Positions 1-9,714 of a stretch of 64,000 nucleotides of DNA are shown here, in pieces (position 1 is the stretch's first letter; every line of letters starts with the position of its first letter). The position numbers and the translations under genes are program-made. The stretch is from an uncultured Pirellula sp. (GTDB taxonomy: Bacteria > Planctomycetota > Planctomycetia > Pirellulales > Pirellulaceae): positions 684-64,683 of the forward strand of contig CAIOHR010000268.1 of assembly GCA_903858115.1 (NCBI GenBank), given 5' to 3'. The notes beneath the pieces are model-generated. The model was not told the DNA's origin and made no database searches. It saw nothing but the letters and a program-made list of their open reading frames with translations.

Positions 1-280
1 TTTCCCCTGTTCGTAAGGTCGACCTCGAGTAATCGGTCGCCAGATTAAGCATCGGTCGGGCTCCCATGTCTTTTTTCCAGTAACTGAGTCCCTCGTCTTG
101 CGCAACAATCCGCATGGCGCCTCGATCTAGCACCGAGGGTTCACTACTAACAAAACCATGCCTGACGCTGACGGGTAGTACACCCATGCTGAGCTGTTCG
201 TATGTCGCTCCATAACGCGAGGCGTGCGTCTGCCCAGACAACCCGATTCTTTGGCTTTCAAGATCACCTTCTGACTGCAT
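1..280 (-). CDS. Hypothetical protein, 5' part only (runs off the window edge)
   Basis: ATG at 280 preceded by purine-rich GAGAGAAGG; frame MQSEGDLESQRIGLSG... stays open to base 1. Not in the ORF track. Confidence 0.5.
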   Translation of the reverse strand, partial: MQSEGDLESQRIGLSGQTHASRYGATYEQLSMGVLPVSVRHGFVSSEPSVLDRGAMRIVAQDEGLSYWKKDMGARPMLNLATDYSRSTLRTGE

Positions 281-826
281 TAAACGGGCCTTCTCTCAAC
301 CGGATTTAGCATTAATGATACTATCCGCACTGCCTGAGCAGAAACGAATCGAACTCTAAACTGGAAGGACATATGCAATTTTCTTTTCCCAGAAACCGAA
401 AAGCTAGGGAATTCATTGGAGTTTGAGAGAATTCAGACCTGAATAGTCGTTGCAATTCATACGACATACAGAACCTGAAAGAGCAATAGCGGCAAGCAAG
501 CCTATCGCTGAGAAAGCGATACATCTCAAACGGCATGGCAAGGGGTACCCTGTCTATGGCAACGTCCTTTTCCCGTGTAGAAGCCAGCCTAACGGTGTGC
601 ATCTCACAAACACCATGTACGTTGCGATATAAAGAACGAACCCAATATCGTGATCGCGAGCTTGATCCGGGCAATAAATCGCCCACCGCCGCATGATCTG
701 CTCCATCGCTTGCAGATAAAGCGGCCGTGGATCATTCAGCCAAATCGTGCTCCAACGGTGCTTTGTCATATACACAGCATGTACACAGGCGAATTCGAAA
801 GATCGACTGAATCATTCGAATTTCGA

Positions 827-2449
827 TCAATCGAATGCGCTCTCGACGGGAGCCTCTGGCGTGCGTTTTGCAGCCAACTCCTGCTGGACGCGGGGTGGCA
901 ACTCGACTCGAAGCAACAGCACATCGCGGCCGCACATCAATAAATTGATCAGGAAAACAATTCCCGACAATGCGGCAAGCAAAACGAGAGCGCGAGCGTT
1001 TACCGAAGAGAACCCACCGGAGTCGAGTTCACTGATCGTCCAGGAAACGAATAAAAACTGGTGCCAGCCGTAGTCGAATGAACGGAAATCATGGAGCGCC
1101 AAGAGAATGAAGTATGGCAACAGCGGTACCAATGCAAACAAAAACGCTTGCATCAACAACCCCAAGAAAGGCCGTCCGACAATATGTCGCGGCACTGTCA
1201 TCATGATCAGTCTAGTCAAACCCGTATAAAATATGAAGTAACTCAGCGCAGCCACCCCAACGGCGATAGTCTCTTCCTCTTCCTGGTAGGCCGCCGAGTA
1301 CAAAGGAAAAGCATACGCAAATCCGATGATACCAATCACGATACTTGCAAAAACAGAAGTCAAAAAAACGTAAGCTAAACCCGCTCCTGGATAAAACCAC
1401 GTTAGCGAACATTGCCCCAGAAGCGTGCGAGGTAAAGTCCGCTGAGCTCGCGGTGACAGGATACCTCGCTCCGATACGCAGAGTGCTCCAACAATCAAAA
1501 AGATCGCCAGCAACACCGAATAGATCCAGACCCAATGCCCCGCCGTTTCGGTTGTCACCACCACCCATGCACACCAGAAAAAGATCGTCCCAATCCAAAC
1601 TAGGAATCGACTCCGAACCGCTACCGCATGATTCTCACTTGGGAAATCGATTGCCGCTGCGCTGCATTGCATACATAGCGGCACGGTTGTCAGCGCGATT
1701 GTTCCGATGGACACAATCACTGGTGCGTTCACCCACGACATCATCGGAAAGGAATAGACAAACGCAATCGTTGCCGCACATACCAAGTAGAAAAGGACTA
1801 ACTGCATTCCTAAAATAAAAAGATTCGAGAACACCTGCAAGAATCGTTGACGAGATACCGTCGCGATCATGATAGCAATCGCCGACAACACCACCGAAGC
1901 AATGACCATAAAGTACAGGTAGATCAGAATGGTACTTACACTGATTCCACGAAGCAAATACGTGATGACGATGCACGGTAACATCGCGGACAGGTAGATG
2001 GCAATCTGAAGACATGCTGAGGACATCTTCCCTTGGACGATCTGCTTGGCCGATAATCCAGAGATACTGACCAATTCAAAGGTCCGACTCTCGGCCTCGA
2101 GCATCATCGATCGATAGGCACTAAAGGGAATGACGAGAATGAGTGGGAATGACAGGATCACAAAGTATCCAGTCAACACCAGCAAGCCACCCGGCAGATA
2201 ATACGCATTTGGCAGTTGAGAGAAGACGGAATACATCGTCCATAGCAGCACTGCTACCAACGTGATCCCAAAACAAATCACAAACTGATTGGAGTTCAGC
2301 GACTGCCTCGCTTCTTTGACCACAATCGGATTGCTTCGTTCGCTCCACCAATCCCAGGCTTGCTGCCAACCTTGAGCGGATGCCGTGGTGAATCGTTCGA
2401 TCAAAGCCGTCTGACGCTCCAGTGGCGGTGGTGTCGTACTCTGACTCAT
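827..2449 (-). CDS. ABC-2 type transporter permease
   Basis: 540 aa, many hydrophobic helices, NPIVVKEARQ and EAESRTFELVSISGLSAKQIVQGK motifs of ABC-2 permeases; overlaps the stop of the upstream ATPase. Confidence 0.85.
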   Translation of the reverse strand: MSQSTTPPPLERQTALIERFTTASAQGWQQAWDWWSERSNPIVVKEARQSLNSNQFVICFGITLVAVLLWTMYSVFSQLPNAYYLPGGLLVLTGYFVILSFPLILVIPFSAYRSMMLEAESRTFELVSISGLSAKQIVQGKMSSACLQIAIYLSAMLPCIVITYLLRGISVSTILIYLYFMVIASVVLSAIAIMIATVSRQRFLQVFSNLFILGMQLVLFYLVCAATIAFVYSFPMMSWVNAPVIVSIGTIALTTVPLCMQCSAAAIDFPSENHAVAVRSRFLVWIGTIFFWCAWVVVTTETAGHWVWIYSVLLAIFLIVGALCVSERGILSPRAQRTLPRTLLGQCSLTWFYPGAGLAYVFLTSVFASIVIGIIGFAYAFPLYSAAYQEEEETIAVGVAALSYFIFYTGLTRLIMMTVPRHIVGRPFLGLLMQAFLFALVPLLPYFILLALHDFRSFDYGWHQFLFVSWTISELDSGGFSSVNARALVLLAALSGIVFLINLLMCGRDVLLLRVELPPRVQQELAAKRTPEAPVESAFD

Positions 2450-3402
2450 TGAACCGCTCCCGTCGTGATGCGCATGAATACATCTTCCAATGTTTGGCCT
2501 TCCGTCGAAAACTCGATCACCTCGAATCCTTCATTCACCATCGCGCGCAACAATGCCGCTTGGTCTCGATCAGATTTGGCTCCGAGGATCTGACAACGGA
2601 CCATCGTTCCGTCGACGGCGACTGCGTCAACTCCATCCTGCACCGAAAGCCACTCCATCAATTTATGTTGCTGTTCAATGACCTTCATTTTCAAATTGGT
2701 ATGAGGCATGAGCCGGTTCTGTATCTCCTGTACGGTCCCACTCACAATCATACAACCGCGTTCGATGATCCCTAAGGAATCGCACATTTCTCCCAACTCG
2801 CTCAAGATGTGGGACGAAATTAATAACGATGTCCCTTCGGCCGCCAACCCGAGTACCATTTGACGCAATTCGATACGCGCTCGTGGATCCAGACCATTCG
2901 CAGGTTCATCCAGTATCAAAACGGCTGGCCGATGAATCATAGCTCGCCCGAGACAAAGCCGTTGCCGCATTCCTTTAGAGAGCCCTTGTATCGACTTCTC
3001 TGCAATCTTGTCCAAACCTGTGTATCCCAACGTGTAGCGAATCGCCTTCATACGCTCACGTCCGACCAATCCATAACTGCGTGCAAAGAAGTCGAGATAC
3101 TCCAAACAGTTCATGTTGGGATAAGTCCCGTAATCGTCGGGCATAAATCCCATACGTCGCCGCACCCGGTCTGGATCGTTGATGACGGAAAATCCATCGA
3201 TCAACGCATCCCCATAATCTGGGGTGTCCAACGTGGCGAGGATCCGCATGGTCGTGGTTTTGCCAGCGCCGTTGGGGCCGATGAATCCGAAGACTTGACC
3301 TGCATTCACGTGAAACGAGACGTCGTTTACTGCTTTCGTCTTGCCGTAGAATCGAAACAGCCGCCGGAGCTCGATCATTGGATGATTCGATGGCACTACC
3401 AC
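2446..3402 (-). CDS. ABC transporter ATP-binding protein
   Basis: Walker A GPNGAGKTT, signature LSKGMRQR, Walker B LILDEP, H-loop SSH. Confidence 0.95.
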   Translation of the reverse strand: MVVPSNHPMIELRRLFRFYGKTKAVNDVSFHVNAGQVFGFIGPNGAGKTTTMRILATLDTPDYGDALIDGFSVINDPDRVRRRMGFMPDDYGTYPNMNCLEYLDFFARSYGLVGRERMKAIRYTLGYTGLDKIAEKSIQGLSKGMRQRLCLGRAMIHRPAVLILDEPANGLDPRARIELRQMVLGLAAEGTSLLISSHILSELGEMCDSLGIIERGCMIVSGTVQEIQNRLMPHTNLKMKVIEQQHKLMEWLSVQDGVDAVAVDGTMVRCQILGAKSDRDQAALLRAMVNEGFEVIEFSTEGQTLEDVFMRITTGAVQ

Positions 3403-5372
3403 TTATGGACTCCTGTAAGGATATGCAGATTCTTCTCTATTGCGAAAACTTCCGAAGGGAATGGAGTCTCTACGACCAATTCATGTCGACTCACCATGAA
3501 ATAGCCGTAGCTATCCAATCGATTCAGCGTCGTTCGTACATTGAGAACAGGGCCAAGAAAGTCTTCGTGCGAAACAGTTCCGCCTCCCGCCCAGAATCGA
3601 GCTCGCCCCCTCGGGCGATTCGTCGAGTCCACTTCTTTCGGTGCTTTTGGCGTGAATGCCGAAGTCCATTGAATCAATCGATCGCTCAGTTTATCCAGCT
3701 CTTCACCCTGCGCTTTTGCTGTCGCTCCTGCCTCCAAGCCTTCGGCCACAAAGTACTTTTGGTTCGCATCTTTTACGATTATGAGCTCGATGGGATGCTT
3801 CGAAGTATTCGTTACTTGAACGGCGTTTGCCTCGTTCTCTTCGATTTTGATCGGCATCGAATATTGCTCTAACGGATGGGCCACAATCAACTGCTGCTGC
3901 GCGCGTGGAAGCATCCAGTACTTCAAGGTCTGCTTCCCGTTTTCGAAGAAGAGATGCCCTTGAACATTGCTCCTTACGTCTTGTTGATAGCCAGTCGCTG
4001 CATCTGTTCTCAATGGGTTGAGCAATGCCTTGTCAGAAAACTCCAGTCCCGATCGAGGAGGAGCACCGCTCGAATACGACTGACGCGACCAAACAAACCC
4101 TTGCTTTGAAACACTGTCGTAATACTGCAACGACGCAACCCGCCCTGTCGTCCCACGTCCCTCGATAAAGACGTTGACGATCAGCACGAATACGGACATC
4201 GTTACTGAGAATGCGGGAATCAAAAACAACAACAGCGTTTGCCGACGAAGCCTGCGGGCAATCAGGATCATCACCGGCCCAACGATCAACAGGATCAAGA
4301 CAATTAACCCCGTGAAAAAAACGATGGGCGTCGTTCCCACACTCTCTACCAAGTTCTTCCAAAACCACTCATAGTCCACGTCGTCATCGTAAAAAATCGT
4401 ACTGACCGGGTGGTGGCGACTTTCCGAAAGTAGCTGAGTGAAGACGGCTTGGTTGAGTATTTTCCCGCTTCCGCCCTCCACAGAATCAATCACGATCTGC
4501 CCACCACCATGGGATCGCCGGAGACAGTACTTTTCTCCATTGTGCAGAAGATTTCCCCATCGGTGGTCAGGTGACATTGGTTCGCCCCCGGAAGTAAACA
4601 TTTGATCAATCGTCAATCGATCCACTTCGGAAGAACCATGGACAACAATTGTTCCTCCTGCCATCGCATACTGAGACAGAGCCTCACGAGCTTTGGCGTT
4701 AAGCCCAGACAGAACAATCGCTGGCACGCAAACCGCATCATACGACATGTAGGATCGCCAATCTTCGAACGCCGAGGCTGGATCCCTCTTCGTGATAGGA
4801 ACCGCTTGGTATTGATTCAACGGATTCGCATAAGGGTTCGCTTTGTCGGTGGCCTTCAAAATCAATGAGTCTGCATAATTTGATTGCGAATACTCCAGCA
4901 ACTGAACGGTTGTTCGCTGGGAATTGGCGGACGAAATGACCGGCTCTCCTTGCTGTATGTTTCTGCCATTCTCAAAGATATCGATAGTCCAAGCACAATA
5001 CGCATCTCTACGGACGATTGGAATGGTAGCAGTCCCGTTGAATTGGCCTGCTGGTATCTCAACCTTGGCATGAAAAGCCATAGAACTATCGCCGAGCGAG
5101 CCGATGTACAAAACGACATCCAACTCCCGGTCAACAGCACAAACAGTCCTGGCTGGAACAGAATTGACCGAGATCTCTACTTGCTGAACCGTCGCACCAT
5201 TGCGATCTGGCAATGGAGAGGCAGAAACTCGCAGCGATGGCATGCCACTATATTTGCGAGTAACAAACGTCTGAGCCTGAGCCGTCAAAATCAAGTTTGT
5301 AATGACGAAGTATAAAGTAGCGCTTTGAATGCATCGTTGAAACGCAATACGAACATTGGGCAAGTGATTCAC
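3396..5372 (-). CDS. Membrane-anchored hypothetical protein of the ABC-2 cluster
   Basis: 658 aa; signal-like N-terminus, two central TM segments; overlaps the start of the ATPase gene. Confidence 0.8.
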   Translation of the reverse strand: MNHLPNVRIAFQRCIQSATLYFVITNLILTAQAQTFVTRKYSGMPSLRVSASPLPDRNGATVQQVEISVNSVPARTVCAVDRELDVVLYIGSLGDSSMAFHAKVEIPAGQFNGTATIPIVRRDAYCAWTIDIFENGRNIQQGEPVISSANSQRTTVQLLEYSQSNYADSLILKATDKANPYANPLNQYQAVPITKRDPASAFEDWRSYMSYDAVCVPAIVLSGLNAKAREALSQYAMAGGTIVVHGSSEVDRLTIDQMFTSGGEPMSPDHRWGNLLHNGEKYCLRRSHGGGQIVIDSVEGGSGKILNQAVFTQLLSESRHHPVSTIFYDDDVDYEWFWKNLVESVGTTPIVFFTGLIVLILLIVGPVMILIARRLRRQTLLLFLIPAFSVTMSVFVLIVNVFIEGRGTTGRVASLQYYDSVSKQGFVWSRQSYSSGAPPRSGLEFSDKALLNPLRTDAATGYQQDVRSNVQGHLFFENGKQTLKYWMLPRAQQQLIVAHPLEQYSMPIKIEENEANAVQVTNTSKHPIELIIVKDANQKYFVAEGLEAGATAKAQGEELDKLSDRLIQWTSAFTPKAPKEVDSTNRPRGRARFWAGGGTVSHEDFLGPVLNVRTTLNRLDSYGYFMVSRHELVVETPFPSEVFAIEKNLHILTGVHKW

Positions 5373-5377
5373 GTGGC

Positions 5378-5695
5378 TTACTCTTTACGGGGAACGATTT
5401 GCGGTGGCAAACGGTCTCCTGCGAATGGTGACTGTGGCTGTTGTTTGGATGAATCCAGGATTTCTCCCAAAATTCCGAACAGGTTACACACCAGAAAAAT
5501 TACCGCGGACAACAAAACAAAGATACAAGCGATCACACCCATCAAGGCTAGGACAATCAAGAGTGTCCGATCGATGGTGTTTTGCATATAAACGGAAATG
5601 CCAACCGCGATGAGAATCATCACGACAAAAATCCAACGTAGGGAAAACGCCGGCAGGAATGGCTGAGGCGAAACATTTTCGTCTGCTTGGAGCAT
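5378..5695 (-). CDS. Small membrane protein
   Basis: 105 aa with two hydrophobic helices; 5 bp from the next gene on the same strand. Confidence 0.7.
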   Translation of the reverse strand: MLQADENVSPQPFLPAFSLRWIFVVMILIAVGISVYMQNTIDRTLLIVLALMGVIACIFVLLSAVIFLVCNLFGILGEILDSSKQQPQSPFAGDRLPPQIVPRKE

Positions 5696-6270
5696 GGCTC
5701 GACCTTATAGAGAATGGATGTTGGTTCGCATTCTACTCGATCCTACATGAGCTAACCATTGACCTCTTCACCGGCCCAACGATTTCACCATTGGATGAAC
5801 GCAAGCAACAGAAACACCGTTCTAACCAAGTGAACCTAGCACGGCCAAAGCAAGCAGCCGAAGCGAAGCGCAACTACCATTTCGTTTGCTTTCGAGAACT
5901 TTTTGGGAATTCTTGTCGGACCAATGATCCGGTTGGGTATTCGTGACATAGGCGAGCTTTAGGTTTTTTGGGGAACGAATAGGTTTCGCCCGTATAGTAC
6001 AGCATTCCGTCCGCTTAAGCTGGCTTATCACAACAATTTGACTGGGAAGAGCAGTTACCGCAATGGACTGAAGAGGCACGAACATCGCTACCATGTTTAT
6101 GACCCGCGACATTCCCTATCGAAATATGGCTTGGCTTTAATGTTCACTTCCTGCGGCATCTTGCATTCGCATCGATTAGGAAACACGGTTTCGCTTTCAG
6201 GACACCGTCCATTGATAATTCACATCAGGGCCTTATCGTAACGAACACCAAATCGAGTAGCGGCGCTCGA

Positions 6271-6703
6271 GGAGGAACCTATGGCTACATCAGCCCGGAG
6301 CTTCGGCTATTTGGGTTACGTGTATCTTGCGAAAGGAGATATCCCACAAGCTATTCGAGTATTTGAGGAATCCAAGAAACTTCGAAAGATGCTCTACCGC
6401 GAAAGATCCGGTGATCCTGAATATCGCTTTCAATACGCGCGCGGATTGGGTAATTTTGGCCTGCTCGAACGCAACTACAGCGGCAAAATTACTTTTGCTA
6501 TGGAGCAACTTGATGAAGAGAGAAAACTGCTGAAAGATCTCAAAGAGGACTTTCCGGAAGTCGCGAGCTTTGGAACGGACCTTGCAGATACGCAAAACAT
6601 GCTGGCTGAGATCTATCTGATCGCGGCGATTGGCGACCCGCTACGTGCCGATGAGTATCGAAAACAAGCGAGCGATGCAGCCAACTCAGCCAGTCTCATC
6701 TGA
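6271..6703 (+). pseudogene. Relic of a Ser/Thr kinase-TPR gene (kinase subdomain VIII fragment joined out of frame to a 140-aa TPR-like ORF, 6281-6703)
   Basis: 6271-6300 reads GGTYGYISPE; the shifted frame reads ARSFGYLGYVY...YARGLGNFG...LADTQNMLA (TPR-like helices). Confidence 0.55.
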
Positions 6704-6810
6704 CCATGGTTCCAATGCGGCCGGTCACTTCGACGCATTGGAATCAGACGTTTCTGTCGCGAAGCTCGGATTGAAGACGATTCATCCGCAGGTTGCGATG
6801 CAGCTTCTAG

Positions 6811-8781
6811 CTATTGTTTTTGTTTCTTAGGCTTGTTGCGACTAGCAGCTTGATCTTTCCATTTGGAAATGCGAAGCTGCCGACCCACGACCCACGCTTG
6901 TCCAAGCGTCTTGAAGACCTCGCGCGGCATGCCGGCGGGCAAAAAGACGCTGGTAAATTCGTCGTAGATCGTGATCTGCCCGATCAAGTTCGAATCTAAG
7001 CCGATCTCGTTTGCAATCGCTCCGACAATATTGCCTGGACGCACGCCGTGCGTTCGTCCGACTTCGAGGCGAAAACGCTCACGTTCATGCTTCTCGATGG
7101 AATCCCCGAGGTCCATATCCCTGCGAGGTCTGTCTTTGCCAGCTCGGCCTTCGAATCGTGCACCTTCGGGCCTTGCACTGTCGGAACGCGCACTGTCGGA
7201 ACGCGCACCCTCGGAACGCGCACCCTCGGAACGTGAATCACGCTCAGGACGAGATCGTTCTCTAACGTTTCTTGGGTTGTTCTCGGATCCATCCGCAAAT
7301 CGTTCGTCTCGTCGATTGCGATCGCGACTCGCTCCACCTCGTCGTTCAGGCTCCGCTAGCAGGAATGGTTTGTTGTTTAACGATAGCACAGCGAGAGCTG
7401 TTGCAATCTTTGCTGCATCGACCGTTTGATCTGCCATGCATTGCGTGATCACTCGCTCCATCGCACTGAACTCTGTGCTTGCGATTGCTGTTTCAGACAA
7501 TGCGGCTGCTATCTTGGACTTGAATCGCTCGACTCTCGTCGCGTTTACCTGGCTCACGCTCGGTACATCCATGATTTCCAATCGCTGCCGTGTCGCTCGT
7601 TCCAGTTCTCGCAGGAACCCTTGCTGGCGTGGAGTTAGCAGAAGTATGGCTTCACCATCCCTGCCAGCTCGGCCAGTACGACCGATTCGATGCACATAAG
7701 CTTCCGAGTCGAATGGAAGATCGTAATTGATTACGTGAGTAATTCTCTGTACGTCCAAACCTCGCGCAGCGACATCCGTTGCGACCAGAATGTCGAACGC
7801 TCCTTGCTTGAGTTGTTCGATACATCGTTCGCGTTGCGATTGTGCGATCTCTCCGTTGATTGCAACGGCTGAGTATCCGAGCTCTTGCAGACTTTCGGCC
7901 AACTCGACGGTCGCCACGCGGGTCTTCACAAAGATAATGGTACCGTCCGTGGGCTCTGTTTCTAGAATACGATGCAGCGCCTCGAACTTTCGTTTCGGTT
8001 CCGCTAGCACAAATCGTTGGCGAATCGTTGCGGCAGTCCGTTGCTGGACATCAATCGACACGACGTGCGGATCCTTCAGATGTCGATCTGCGATCTCGCG
8101 AATCTGATGAGGCATCGTCGCGGAAAAGAGAGCGATTTGTACGTGGGGAGGAGATTGCTCCAACACCCAACGGACATCATCTACAAATCCCATTCGCAGC
8201 ATTTCGTCCGCTTCGTCGAGTACCAAGCATTGAAGACCATCCAGCGAAAGTCGATTCTCCCGCATGTGATCCATGACTCGTCCAGGGGTACCAACCACGA
8301 TGTGGGCACCGCGACGTAGTGCCTGGATTTGTGTCGAATAGGAACTGCCACCGTAAATTGGTGCGATTCTCAAGCCACGCAAATGTTGCCCGTATTTCTC
8401 GAACGACTCGGCTACTTGAATAGCTAGCTCGCGCGTTGGAGTAAGGACAAGCACTTGAGTGTTCGGGTTATTCACATCGATTCGGCAAAGCAGTGGCAAG
8501 GCGAATGCAGCGGTTTTCCCAGTGCCTGTTTGTGCTTGGCCCAACACATCCCGCCCTCGCAGCAGTTCTGGAATCGTTCCCGATTGGATACCGGTAGGGA
8601 TGGTGTAACCGGAGGATTCGAGGGCTTGGCAGATTTCTGGGCTCAGGCCTAATGCCTGAAACGCGGACTGTACAACAGCAGCGGACTGTACAACAGCAGC
8701 GGACTGTACAACAGCAGCGGTTTGTTCAATAGATGCGGATGGTTCCACAACAACGGATTCTTCTAAAACGATTTCATTCAT
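6811..8781 (-). CDS. deaD: ATP-dependent DEAD-box RNA helicase DeaD/CsdA
   Basis: AQTGTGKT, PTRELA, DEAD, SAT, HRIGRTGRAG motifs; C-terminal DbpA-type RNA-binding domain (VGRTHGVRPGNIVGAIANE). Confidence 0.95.
   Translation of the reverse strand: MNEIVLEESVVVEPSASIEQTAAVVQSAAVVQSAAVVQSAFQALGLSPEICQALESSGYTIPTGIQSGTIPELLRGRDVLGQAQTGTGKTAAFALPLLCRIDVNNPNTQVLVLTPTRELAIQVAESFEKYGQHLRGLRIAPIYGGSSYSTQIQALRRGAHIVVGTPGRVMDHMRENRLSLDGLQCLVLDEADEMLRMGFVDDVRWVLEQSPPHVQIALFSATMPHQIREIADRHLKDPHVVSIDVQQRTAATIRQRFVLAEPKRKFEALHRILETEPTDGTIIFVKTRVATVELAESLQELGYSAVAINGEIAQSQRERCIEQLKQGAFDILVATDVAARGLDVQRITHVINYDLPFDSEAYVHRIGRTGRAGRDGEAILLLTPRQQGFLRELERATRQRLEIMDVPSVSQVNATRVERFKSKIAAALSETAIASTEFSAMERVITQCMADQTVDAAKIATALAVLSLNNKPFLLAEPERRGGASRDRNRRDERFADGSENNPRNVRERSRPERDSRSEGARSEGARSDSARSDSARPEGARFEGRAGKDRPRRDMDLGDSIEKHERERFRLEVGRTHGVRPGNIVGAIANEIGLDSNLIGQITIYDEFTSVFLPAGMPREVFKTLGQAWVVGRQLRISKWKDQAASRNKPKKQKQ
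7145..7234. repeat. 15-bp coding tandem repeat in deaD (SEGAR/SDSAR units)
   Basis: GCACTGTCGGAACGC x2 and GCACCCTCGGAACG(C/T) x2 at 7175-7234, plus two degenerate units. Confidence 0.9.
8663..8716. repeat. 18-bp perfect coding tandem repeat x3 in the deaD N-terminus (AAVVQS)
   Basis: GCGGACTGTACAACAGCA at 8663, 8681 and 8699. Confidence 0.95.
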
Positions 8782-9129
8782 AAGTCAGCAAAGGTCAATC
8801 AGACAGTCGTCTAATGAGTATCATATATGCCCTCTTCCATCCGTCCAATCAACGCAATAGGACGAACGAAACAGCATTCCTGCGAATACGGTCTTCAGAG
8901 AGCCGAACCAATCTTCTCCACGGGATCACAGCAGTCGAAATAACCGCATCCCCGCTAGAGAAGCACCGTCAAAAAGGAAAGTGGGGTTCGACTCAACGAC
9001 TAAAACGAAGGTTTCCTGAGGAAACTCACACAGGTTGACACGAGAACCATTGCCTTCCGAGCTTGATTTCTGGGTGAAATACTAAGTCCAACCTCCTTAT
9101 TCTCCAAGACATAAAATAGAGAAGTCAGG

Positions 9130-9158
9130 AAAAAAAGAGCGGCCGGATCGTCCCGGCG
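9130..9158 (-). terminator. Putative intrinsic terminator after the VOC gene
   Basis: Minus strand GCCGG-GACGAT-CCGGC followed by CGCTCTTTTTTT. Confidence 0.45.
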
Positions 9159-9210
9159 TGAAATTGGTCGCTTCGATTCAATGCGACGGATTGAATCAAA
9201 AACAATGCCT

Positions 9211-9621
9211 TTACTCCTCTGGTTTCGGCAAGTCGCGGTCATTTCGTAGCTTCTCGGCAAGACATAGGACGTGACCATCTGGGTCGGTTATCTCAAATTC
9301 CGACAAACCATAGAACATTCGTTCCAGTCTGCGATGTACGATTCCGTCAGATACAAATTGCTCATAGAGCGTGCGTAGCTGACCACCCTCCAATCGCAAG
9401 TATACATCCCAGGAGTAAGGCTTTCTCTCAATAGCCACACGTCCTGGCTCCAACTGAAGCATGATCTCAGTCTCACCGTGACGCAAAATGGCAAAAGAAT
9501 GTGGTGGTGCGTCTGGAAAAGGATCGCTCTCGAATCCCAATGCAGTTTCGTACCAAAGCATACTGCGCAGAACGTCGCACACTTTCAGAACAGGAACAGT
9601 TTGAAAAATACGCAATGGCAC
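9211..9621 (-). CDS. VOC/glyoxalase/bleomycin-resistance family protein
   Basis: PVLKVCDVLRSMLWYETALGF and YGLSEFEITDPDGHVLCLAE motifs; GTG start at 9621 after GAGG (track start 9714). Confidence 0.85.
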   Translation of the reverse strand: MPLRIFQTVPVLKVCDVLRSMLWYETALGFESDPFPDAPPHSFAILRHGETEIMLQLEPGRVAIERKPYSWDVYLRLEGGQLRTLYEQFVSDGIVHRRLERMFYGLSEFEITDPDGHVLCLAEKLRNDRDLPKPEE

Positions 9622-9714
9622 GATTACCTCTTTTGTATGAATACATCTTTTCGCACGAAGACTTGCTGTTGCTGTTCTCGCCCACTCAACTCTGATTCGG
9701 TCTGATCTATTCAC

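Noticed and set aside
290-826. Short ORFs (321-686, 554-775) in the first intergenic region
   Set aside because: No recognisable motif, overlapping frames on both strands; probably regulatory or decayed DNA.
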